From contig JABVCE010000011.1 of NCBI GenBank assembly GCA_014905635.1, positions 620,001 to 684,000 on the forward strand: 64,000 nucleotides of DNA, read 5' to 3'. The translations under genes were made by a program, and so were the position numbers. The notes below the pieces were generated by a model that ran no database searches, was not told where the DNA came from, and saw nothing but the letters and a program-made list of their open reading frames with translations. Source of the stretch: Scenedesmus sp. PABB004. Taxonomy: Eukaryota. This document shows positions 25,001-35,147 of the stretch, one piece after another (within the stretch, counting starts at the first letter, position 1; each line of letters begins with the position of its first letter).

Positions 25001-27272
25001 ATCGAGCTGCAGCAGCCTGTACCGCAGCGCCACCAGCGCCGCGTCCGCGTCGACCAGGCCCGCCTCGGCGCGCGCCGCGCGGCCCAGCGCGGCGGCGAGG
25101 TCGGCGTCTGCGGCGGGTGCCGGCGCCGGCGCCGCGCTGCCGGGGCGGCTGCCGCCCGCGCCGTCGGACTCGCCGTCGGCCGCGGCCGCGCCGTCGCCGC
25201 CCTCGCGCGCCGCCGCCGGCCGCGCGCCGCCGGCCTTGGCGCCGGGCGCCGGCTCGGCCGGCGGCAGGCTGGCGCTGGCGAGGCCCGCGGCGGCGCGCAG
25301 CCGGCGCAGCTCGGCGTGCGTCGACGCCAGCTGCTGCTGCGACTCGGCGAGCGCCTTGCGCGCCTCAAGCAGCTGCTGCCCCAGCAGCTGCGCCTGCTGC
25401 CGGCCGCTCGAGCGCACGCGCTCAAGCTCGCCCTGCAGCGCCGCGGCCTTGTCCGCCTCCTGCAGCGCGCTGCCCGAGGCCTTGACAGCGGCGGCGTCGC
25501 GCGACGCCGCGCCCGCCTCGCTCGCGGCCAGCCGCGCCGCCGCGAGCGCCGCCGCCTCGCGCGCGGCCTTGAGCTCGGCGGCCATGCGGGCCAGCTCCGC
25601 GCGCGCCTGCCTCTCCTGCGCCGCGAGCTGCTTGTCGCTGTGCGCCGCCGCGCTGCTGTCGGCCCTGGCCGCCGCCTCGGCGCGGCCCGCGGCCGCCTGC
25701 AGCGCCAGCACCTGCTGCCGCAGGCGCTGCACCTCCGACGCCAGCTGCGCCTGCTGCTCGCCGTGCGCGGCGCGCTCCGCCGCGAGCCGGCGCGAGAGCT
25801 CCGCCTCGGCGTCGCCGCGCGAGGCGGTCTCCACCCGCAGGTCGGACAGCTGCCGCTCCGCCTCCCTGCGCGGCGCCGCGGGCGGCGCGCGTGGGCCGCG
25901 CGCCGCAGCCCCCCGCGTCGCACGCCGCCGCTGCCCGGCCGCGCCGGCGCGCGCACCTGATCGTGTGCCGCGCCTTGCTCAGCTCCGCGCCGAGCGCCGC
26001 GGCCTCGTCCGCGTGCTGCGCGCGCAGCTGCGCGAGCTCGCGCTCCAGCAGCGACGCGGCGCCGTCCGACTGGCGCGCCGTGCCGCGCGCCGCCGCCGCC
26101 GCGCGCTCCAGCTCCTTCACGTAGGGCTTCTGCCGCGCGAGCTCGCTGCTCAACCGCTCGCACTCGAGCACGGCCCTGCGGCCGGCGCGTGCGGCGTGCG
26201 GCAGCATGGGCAAGGCGGCGGCGGCCGTGGCGACTGCGACGCCCGCGACTGCAGCGGCGGCGGCGGAGCCAGGGACAGCCGCTGCCCACCTCTCGCGCTC
26301 CCTGGTCGCCTCGAGCAGCTGCTGCTGCAGGAGCGCGGCCTGCCCGCCGCTCGCGGCCGCCGCCTGCGCCGCCGCGGTCGCGGCCTCGGCCTCCTTGAGC
26401 GCGTGCTTCAGCCGCGCGACCTCGCTGCTGAGCTTGGCCGCCGTCTCCTTGTGCTGCGCCTCCAGCGAGGGCACTTCGCGGCGCCGTACGTCCGCGAGCT
26501 CGGCCTGCACCGGCGCGGCGGCGGGGCGCCGGTCGCCGCCGGCGACCACTGGCCCGGGGGCGGCGGCCACACCCCGCCGCCGCGCCCGCCGCCGCCGCCG
26601 CACCTTGGCGCGCTCCGCGACGCGCGCCGCGTCGTCTCGCTGGCGCTCGACGCGCGCGTGCTCCGCCAGCCCGCGCGCCGCCTCGCGCCGCGCGTCGTCG
26701 CGGTCCGCGAGCAGCTGCGCCACGAGCGCGTCGCGGCGCTGATACTCCCGGAGCACCTGGGCGCGGCGCGTGGGCGGGTTGGGCGCGTGGTGCGGCGCGC
26801 GCGTCGGCGGCGGCGCATGAGACAACCGGCGCGCGGCGCGCGGCGCGGGGCCGCCGCTGCGCCCACCCGCGCCAGGGAGTCGTGCAGCAACGCCAGCTCT
26901 GGCGCCGGCAGGCCGTCGCCGAGGCTGAGCGGGCCGAACCCGGCGAGCGCGAGCTGCCCGCTAAGCTGCAGCCAGTCCGCCGCGGCGCCGCCGCCGCTGG
27001 GCGCGGGGCCCGCGGCGCCGGCGGCGCCCGCCGCGTCGCCGTCGCCCAGCTCCGTCGCCGCCGCGGCGCCCGCCGCGGCGGCCGCCAGCATCTGCGGCTG
27101 CTGCTGCAGCTGCGCCAGGCTGCCCTTGACCGTCTCAAGCGCCTCCAGCGCCTGCGCCAGCCCCGGGGAGCGCAGGGCGGGCTCGGGGCTCGCCGCCGAG
27201 TCCGCGCCCTCCGCGCCGCGCTCGCCGGCGTCCTCCTGCGCGCCGCCGCCGCCGCCGCCGGCGTCCTCCTGC

Positions 27273-27328
<56 letters not shown>

Positions 27329-28212
27329 CAGCAGGCCCAGCAGGTCCACGCCGGCGCCCTGGCTGCCCGACGCCTCGTCGTCCTCGTCCTCCCCCGTTGC
27401 CGGGCCGGCCGCGGCGGGGGAGGCCCGCTGGCTGCCGCCCGCCCCTGGCTGCCGCTCGCCCGACGCCTGCTCCGGGCTGGACGCGCCGCTGCGCACGCCA
27501 GCCGCGGCGGCGCCGGCCGCCGCGTTGAACGCGGGCAGCAGCGGCTTGCTCACGCCGCTGCCGGAGCTCGCGCCCGAGCTCGCGCCGCCGCCGGCCGCGG
27601 GCGACGCGGCGGGGCTGGCGCGGCCGCGCGCGGCCCACGCCGCCGTGGTGCGCGGCGTGCCGCCGCCCGCGACCACGCCTCCCGCCTCGATCGTCACCTC
27701 TGTAGGCCCGGGCGTGCCGCGCGGCTCGGCGCCGCCGCCAGGCTGCTGCGCCGCCGCCGGCGGGCCGGGCGTCGCGCACGAGCCCGACTGCGACGCGCCG
27801 CCCGGCGACGCGGCGGCCGCCGCGGCGGCGGCGCCGCCCCGCGCCACCGCCGCCCAGGAGCGCGGCGGCGATGCCGGCGGCGGCGGCGTGGCCGTGGTCG
27901 TCGCCGCGCCGCGACCAGCGCTGCCGTCGCCCGGCGAGATGCGGCCGTCCGTGCTGCCCTGCGCGCCGGCCGCCTCCTCCTCCTGCGCCTCCAGCACGTG
28001 CGCCGTGTCACCGGCGCCCAGGCGGTAGCGCTTCTTCAGGCCTGCGGCGCGGCGGGCGGGCGCAGCGTTGTGAGCGGCGCGCGGCGCGCCGCGGGCCGAG
28101 CTGCAGCCGGCGCAGCTGGGCCCGGGCGGGAGGCGCGCCCACCCGACAGGAACGCCGCCAGGTCGTCGTCGGAGTCGCCCACCCCCTTGCCGGGCGGCGG
28201 CGGCGTGCCCAT
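22086..28212 (-). CDS. CEP70: Centrosomal protein CEP70-like coiled-coil protein; multi-exon
   Basis: N-terminal DWLQLSGQLALAGFGPLSL, long coiled coil, and C-terminal QRLFDVPQLEGLSATMNRVYVRQCELQNFFR resemble CEP70 motifs as I recall them ([21 protein letters not shown]). Confidence 0.7.
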
Positions 28213-28997
28213 CGCGCCGCGCGCTGCTGCCTCCTGTCTCGCCGCTGCTGCGCCGCCTGCTGAGCCCGGGAGGTCGAGGGAGGTGCGCCTACATCCGAAG
28301 CGCGGCGCGGTCTGGTTGAACGGGCGGCAGCGCGGCCGCGCGAGCGAAGGAGGCCGAGCTGGGCGCGAAAGAGCGCTCGCAACGTGCGAGCGCCGCGGCG
28401 GAGGAGAGACAGCGTTGAGACCCGGGAGCGTGGAGAGCCGGCAGCGCGGCGCAGCGGCGGCGGCGGTTTGAACGGCAGCGGCGGCGCAGCGGCGGTGTTC
28501 GAAAACAAGCCCGCCGGTTGCACTAGTAGACGCAAAGGTCACGGGAGCGCGGGAACACTCCTCGGCACACGCGCGCGGCGGGCGCGCGCGCCGCCGACCG
28601 GCGCGGCGCGTCGATGCCGCGAGCGCCCGCACACGCGCGCGAACACAGGGTGCACGAAAAACGACAAACGGCGAGCCGCCAGAGCGGCGGCGCGCGCGGG
28701 CGGTCATGCGCGACGACGACGACGACAAACCACTGCACCACCACAAGCCGGGACGGGACTCGCACGCGCGGCGCCGTCCCAGGCCCCTCACCCCACTCCC
28801 ACCGTGCGGTCCCTCGCCCCCCTCCCCAGCGTGCACCCTCACCCCCCTCCCCCTGGCAGTGCTCTCTGGGCGTTGGTACAGCCCGCGCGCGCGGGCGGGC
28901 GCCGGCGGTGGCGGTGGCGCGCGCGACACGCGGGCGCGCGCGCCGCCTGCACCGCGCGCGGCGCGCCCGCGCGCCCGCGCGCTCGGCGCGGCGTGGC

Positions 28998-29628
28998 TCA
29001 GGCCTTGGGCTTGACGGCCTTGGGCGCCTTGGACTTGAGCGTGCCCGCCGCGGCGGCCTCGGCGGCGGCCTTGACAAACTTGCCGATCGCCGCGTTGGCG
29101 TGCCACACGCGCATCGCGCCGACGTTGGCCGCGGCCTCCTTGATGCGCTCGCCGATCGCGCGGTTCATGTCCTCCAGCGTCTGCTTGCCGTTCTCGCTGC
29201 TCGTGAAGGCCTGCGCGGGCGCGCGCGGGGCGTCAGCGGGAGCAGCGGCGGGGAGCAGCGGCGGCGGTCGGCGGCGGCGAGCGGCGGCGAGCGTTGGCGC
29301 GGCCCCCGCGCCCGCGCTGCTGCCTCCTGCCCACGGGCGGCGCGGCGCGGCTGTCCGGCGCAGCGGGCGGCGCGGGGGCAGCGGCCATCAGGCCCCCCGG
29401 CCGGCGCGCTCCGGCGCGCGGCTGCCCCGCCCGCGGGCGTGCGGCCGGGCGGGGCCACCAGCTGCACGGGGCGCGGCCGGCGCGAGACATCAGGCCCGGA
29501 TCGGCCTTCCGAGCGCCCCCGCCCGCCCCGCAACGCCGGCAGCGCACCCGCACGGGAACCGTCACGGCGCGCGAGCGGGGCGCGCAGGGGCGGGCCGTCG
29601 CCCTCACGGAGCGCATGGCGAGGGCCAT
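28998..29628 (-). CDS. Small protein of about 97 aa with a chloroplast-transit-peptide-like N-terminus and Lys-rich tail; function unknown
   Basis: Exon 1 29628-29548 MALAMRSVRATARPCAPRSRAVTVPVR, GT..AG intron, exon 2 29210-28998 AFTSSENGKQTLEDMNRAIGERIKEAAANVGAMRVWHANAAIGKFVK..KAPKAVKPKA*. Codons end strongly in G/C. Confidence 0.65.
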
Positions 29629-29890
29629 GGCGCGATCTGGGCGGTGGCGATGGGCGGCGAGCAGGGCTTCGAGCGTCCGACAGGCGGGGGCGGCGGCGGT
29701 TCTCACGATCAACGGCTGTGTGCGGTCCCGCACGTCGGCGCGGGGTGAGGCGGCCCCCCGCAGGCAGCGGCGGCGGCGGCGGTGCAGCACAGACGCGGCG
29801 TTCGAGCGGCCGCGGTGCAGCTTCCTCCTCCGCCCGCAGTCACGTCCCGCGCCGCAGCCCCGGCACCCCGACTGCGCCGTGGCCCCGGGC

Positions 29891-32546
29891 ATGGCCGCGC
29901 CGGAGCCGGCGCCGCCGCCGGCGCAGCAGCACTCGGCGCCGCAGCAGCGCTCGGCCCCGAAGGCAAGCGCGGCTCGCCGCGCCAGGGCGCCTGGCGTGCC
30001 GCACGCCCTGCTGCAGGGCGCCGCCGCCGACCGCCCGCCGCAGGTCGTCGCGGCCGGCGCGTTCCACGCCGCCGGCGGCGCGAAGCGGCCGCGCTCGGCG
30101 CCCGCAGAGGGCGAGCCGCCGCCGCGACAGGCGCCCGGGCGCGCCCCGCGTCAGCGCGCGCGCTTCAACGCGCTCGCGGCGCCGTACCGGACGTTCCGCA
30201 CCCAGGCGGACGCCTTTGAGTTCCTCGACCGCCAGCCGTGCGCCGAGCTGCTGCGGTGGGCGAGGGCACGCGTGGTCACGCTGCACCGCGCCGCGCCGCG
30301 AACGCCCGCGCGCCGCACCGGCGCGCGGGGGGTCTCGCGGCCAGGCCGGAGCGGAGCCGCGGAGCCGTCACACACGCGCCCGCGCGCGCGCGCGCCGCCG
30401 TCGCAGCACGTTTGCGGTCGAGACGGCGGCGAGCGGGCAGCGCAGCTTCATCGTCAGCAGCGCGCCGCGCTTCTGGGCGGCGTACGCCGCGCTGCCGGCG
30501 GGCGAGCGGCACCACTACGAGATCATCCGCGCCGGCGCGCCCGTCAACCTCTTCTTTGGTGCGGGCGCGCTGCCGAGGCGGGGGGCGCCGCCCGCCTCCC
30601 CGCCCGCCGCGCCGCTTGCCGCCCGGACGGGCGCCGCCCGCCGCCCACGGGGCGCCGCCGGCGCGCCAGCTCCCCCGACGCGCCCGCCCGCCCGCCCGCC
30701 CACGCGCCCGCGCGCCCGCGCGGCCGCAGACCTCGAGTTTGTGCCGTCGGCCAACCCGGGCCTCGACGGCGCGGCGCTCGTGCGCCTGCTGCTGGCCGGC
30801 GTCGCGGCGCAGCTGGCCGCGCTGTACGACCACCCCTGGCACGACAGCTTCGCGCTCGAGCTCGACTCGAGCACGCCCGCCAAGTTCTCGCGCCACGTCA
30901 TCGTCACGCTGCCGTGTGCCGCGTTCGCCGACACGGGCCACGCGGGCCGCTTCGCGCGGCTCGTGCTGCTCCGCCTCCTCGCGCAGCGCGGCGCGCGCTG
31001 CAGCGCGCCCGCGGCGCTGCTCGTGCGCGGCAGGGCCGGCGGCCCGAGCTGCTTCGTCGACATGGGCGTCTACACGCGCAACCGGTGCGGCGGCGCGATG
31101 CGGGGCGGCGCCGCCGGTGCAGCGCCGCGCGCGCGGCCGCGCCTCTGCGCCGCTGCGCCGCTGCGCCGCCCGAAACCGGCCCGCCGCGCCGCCGTGGACG
31201 CGAACCGCCCGCCCCGCCGCAGCGCGTTTCGGTTGTACCTCAGCAGCAAGTTTGGCAAGGCGGCGGCGCTGCGCCTCACGCCGCGCTTCGGCGGCGCCGC
31301 GGCCGAGCCCAGGGCCGCCTTCCACCGCCTGCTCGTCTCCGTGCTGCGCCCCGGCGGCGCCAGCGGCGGACTGGCGCCGACGGCGGCGCGGCGCGCGCAG
31401 CAGCGGCGCGGGCCGGGGCAGGGCGGCGGGCGGCGCGTGTCGCTGCTGCGCGTGGACGGCGTCGACTGGGCGGCCGAGCTCGCTGCGCTGCCGCTGGCGT
31501 GGCAGCAGGTGCCGATGCTGCAGCTCTCGCCGCTGCCGCACGACGCGACGCCGCCCTGCGCGGGCGGCGCGGCGGGCTGGCCCGCAGCAGCGGCGGCGGC
31601 GCCGCCGGGGGCGGCGGCGCGGGGCCGTGCCGCGTCGTGCTGGGTGCGGTGCAGCACGGCCCCAGCCCCTACCCGCTGCTGGACCGATTCATAACAGACG
31701 TCTGCGTGCAGGTGGGGGGCGCGGCCGCAGGCCGCGGCGGCCGCAGCGGCCGCAGCGCGCGCCTGGTGCGGCGCCAGCGGCGGCCGGAGCGCCGCTGCCG
31801 TGGCGCGGCGCCAGCGCCGCCGCTGCCGTGGCGGCGCCCGCCGCGCGCGCGCAGGGCGGCGTGCAGGGCGAGCTGCGCAGCTGGGTCGCGCTGCCCGGCG
31901 GAGTGGCGCTGCACATGCGGCACAACCGCTGGTGCGGCAACGTGCAGCGCGCCCACAAGTCAAACGGCGTCTACTACGTCGGTGCGCCCCCGCCCGCCCC
32001 CGCCGCCGCGCCGCGCCTCGCCCCGGGCGCAGGCGCTCACCCCCCTGCGGCCGCGCGCCGCGCCGCGCTCGCGACGCCGCCAACGCCGACAGCCGGCGCC
32101 GCGCCCGCTCCCTCGCAGTGGACCTGTGGTCAGGGGTGTTCTATCAGCGCTGCTGGGACCCCGAGTGCCGGGCCTGGCGCTCGCCGGCCATGCCGCTGCC
32201 CGCGGAGGTCTGGGCGCGCTACCGCCCGCCGCCGCCGCACGCGCCGCCGCCGCACGCGGCGGCGGCGGCGGCGGGGCCGGCCCCGCGCGCCGGCGGCGGC
32301 GGCGGGGACGCCGCGCGGCCGCCGCCCGTGGCAGATGGGGAGCTGCCGGACGACGAGCTGTGCCTGCAGGTGCTGCAGGAGTTTGAGCGGGAGCAGCAGC
32401 AGGCGCAGCACGCGCAGCACGCGCAGCGGGCGCAGCAGGCGCAGCAGGCGCAGCAGGCGCAGCAGGCGCAGCAGGCGCTGTGCCAGGAGGAGGCGGAGGA
32501 CGAGCTGTGCTTGCAGCTGCTGCGCGAGGTTGAGGGGGTGGGCTGA
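29891..32546 (+). CDS. PRIMPOL: DNA primase/polymerase PrimPol (AEP domain plus UL52-like zinc finger); multi-exon
   Basis: HHYEII..VNLFF-DLEF (motif I DxE), DSSTPAKFSRHVI (SxH), FVDMGVYTRNR-AFRLYLSSKFGK, RWCGNVQRAHKSN, YQRCWDPEC. Confidence 0.92.
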
Positions 32547-32953
32547 GGCCGCGGCTCGCTGGCGTGTGCCGCCTGGGCGGTCTACAGCGCGCGATGGGGA
32601 GGAGCTGGTGCAGCAGATGGTGCAAGCGTTTGACGCGCATGCGTGAGGCTGCCCTGACGCCGTGCGCGCAACTGGCATGCTTACGCCGGTCAGAGCTCCG
32701 TGCTTGCGCCGCGCCAGCCGCAAGCGCGCAGCCCCCCTGGCAGCGCACGCGCCACGGGAGCACCCAGGCGGGGGCACCGCACAGCCTCGACGCGCCGCTG
32801 CCTGCTGCGCCCACACAACCTACCAGCGCGCACAAGCCAGGCGTGAGCCGCCGCCCGCACGCGTCGTCTCACTCGAGTGAGGAGGAGCTCCCCCTCCTCC
32901 CACTCGCCCTCGCTGCCTGAAGTCCACTCGTCGCTGTCCTCCTCTTCGTCAGA

Positions 32954-34806
32954 CTAGGCGCCGGCCGGCGGTGGCCTAGGCTGCACCACGTCACACGTGA
33001 GCTTGGCAGGCAGCGCGTGGCCGGCCGCGCGCGCCGCCGCCGCCGCACCCACCCACACCGCACGCGAGCCCTCGTCCGTCACCGACACGCGCACTGCATT
33101 CAAAAAGTGCAGCGCGCGCAGCCACGCCCGCGCGTCCTCAGCCGCCAGCTCGAGCCCAAACACTTGCAGCCGGACATCTCGCAGAGCAGTCATGCGCGCC
33201 AGGCCCATCAGCGCGACAGGCGTGCACGCGCTGCCGACCGGCACGCGCACCGTGAGGCAGGTGACCTGCGTCACAGCGGTCAGCGCCGCCACCTCTGCGT
33301 CATCACTGGCAGAAAAGCTCAGCCAGCGCAGCCGGTTGAGCCCCGCCAGGGCGCGCACCGCCGCCACGCGCTCCGCCTGGGCGCCGGCGCCGGCCTCAAA
33401 GCTGGGCCCCGCCCACTGCTCGCACCCACACAGATCAAGCGCCGTCAGCCCGCTGCAGTGCGAGGCCAGCCCCCGCAGCGTGGCGGGCGGCCACGGTCCA
33501 CGCTGCACCCCGTCGCGCAGGCTGGGGAACGCCTCAAACGGCACCGGGCCGCTGCCCCAAAGCTCCACCACCGACGGGCAGGCTATGAGTGCGCCGCCAG
33601 CCCCGCCGGCAGCATCCTCCACCCACCTGCCGTGCAGCGAAGTGAGCTGGCTCAAGCTGGCCAGGCACGGCAGCGAGGAGCGCGACAGCTGTTCGATGGT
33701 GAGCTTCTGCAGGCCCGTCAGCGCCGTCAGCGCCGCCAGGAGGTGCGGGTCGGAGCCTTGGTGCACCGAGATGATCAGGGCAGTGAGCCGCGTGCACCGC
33801 GCAAGCACCGGGCACTCCGCCTCGCCCAGCATGGGCCAGACAAGGGTGCCGCTGTCATAATCAACGCTGGGAAGCACCGCAAACGCAAGGCTGCGCAGGC
33901 CGGTGCAGGTGGCGATAGCGGGCACGCCCTGGTGGTCACATGCCAGGGGCAGCACCAGCTGCGTGAGCGCCAGGAGGCCGGCCAGGAAGCCATAGTGCTG
34001 CGCGCCGCGCAGAGTGGCCCCTCCAACATCGAGGCTCGCCAGGCCGCTGATGCTGGTCAGCGCCGACAGGTGGTGCAGCTTGACGGGTGAGTTCAGCTCA
34101 TAAAAAAAGCGCACCGCGACGCGCGTGAGCTGCGTCGCCACGCCGAGCGCCCGCCACGCGGCGTCGCTGTCCGCCCAGCTGCTGCCGAGCGCCAGCTCCA
34201 GCGATCGCAGACCTGGCAGCGCAAACTGTACGAAGCCAAGCGTTGCCGCCATTAAAGCTGGCTCGCCGGCTGCGGCGCTGGCAGCCGCGTCAAGGCGCAG
34301 CGACGTCAGCCGCGGCAGCCTGCAGGTGCAGCGGGCGGGCGAGCGGGGCGGGTGCGCAGTGGGTGAGCCGCCTTCCACTGATGAGTCGCCTGAACAGCTG
34401 CTGCTTGCCGCACGCGCGCGCGCCATGCGCAAGACACCGACACGCCTTGGCCGACCGCGCGCTCCGCCCGCCGCCGCTCACCTCGCGAGCGCGGGCAGCA
34501 GCGTCGCCAGCGGCGCGCCGGCGTCGCCGGGACTGGTCAGGGCGAAGGCCACCTCGCGGCAGCCGGTGAAGCGCTGCCCCAGGCGCGCCAGCGGGGCCGC
34601 GTGCGCGCAGTCGGCGGCCCGCAGCGACAGCGCCGCCTGCAGGCCAGCGCGAACGCGGGAGCGCTTCCAGCGTCCGCCCGCAGCTTGGGCAGCAGCGCCT
34701 CCGCCCACACGCCGTCGTCCAGCGCCGCCAGCGCGCGCAGCAGCGGGCTCGCTTCGTCGTCGGGCGGTGCCGCCGCGCCGCGCCGGGCGCGCGCGCGGGT
34801 CAGCAT
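32954..34806 (-). pseudogene. F-box-like/LRR-like family copy 3; frameshifting deletion of about 31 nt in exon 1 and a stop before the acidic tail
   Basis: Lacks the REARRLVQSS codons at about 34637 relative to copy 5. Exon 2 is open to TAG at 32954, followed by residual SDEEEDSDEW codons. Confidence 0.75.
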
Positions 34807-35147
34807 GGCGCCTCCTGGACCGCTGCGGGGCGTCGGGAGCGGTGCCCGGGGCGCGGGGCGCGGAGTGTGGGCTATGCGCGGCGCGGCGGCGGCGCAGGGG
34901 TTCAAACCGCGCGGCGGGCCGGGCGGGCGCCTGCCGGGTGGCCGGCCGACGCCGCTCTGTGGGGCCCTGAGCTGGAGCTGGAGCCTGGCGGCGGTCGCTG
35001 GCGGCTGGTGCGCAGCACGGGGGCGCGCTGGCCTCGCTCGCAGCGCGCGCTCGCCTGGCCGCGCGGCCGGCACGGCAGCCTCGCGTGCGCCGCGCGCAGT
35101 CCCGGTTTCCGGCTGCCATCTGCGCGCCTGCGCGTCGGCACCGCCGC

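Noticed and set aside
29891..32546. PrimPol as a sign of an integrated virus, Polinton or plasmid
   Set aside because: It is intron-rich, has host-like composition and the cellular PrimPol layout, and has no viral neighbours.
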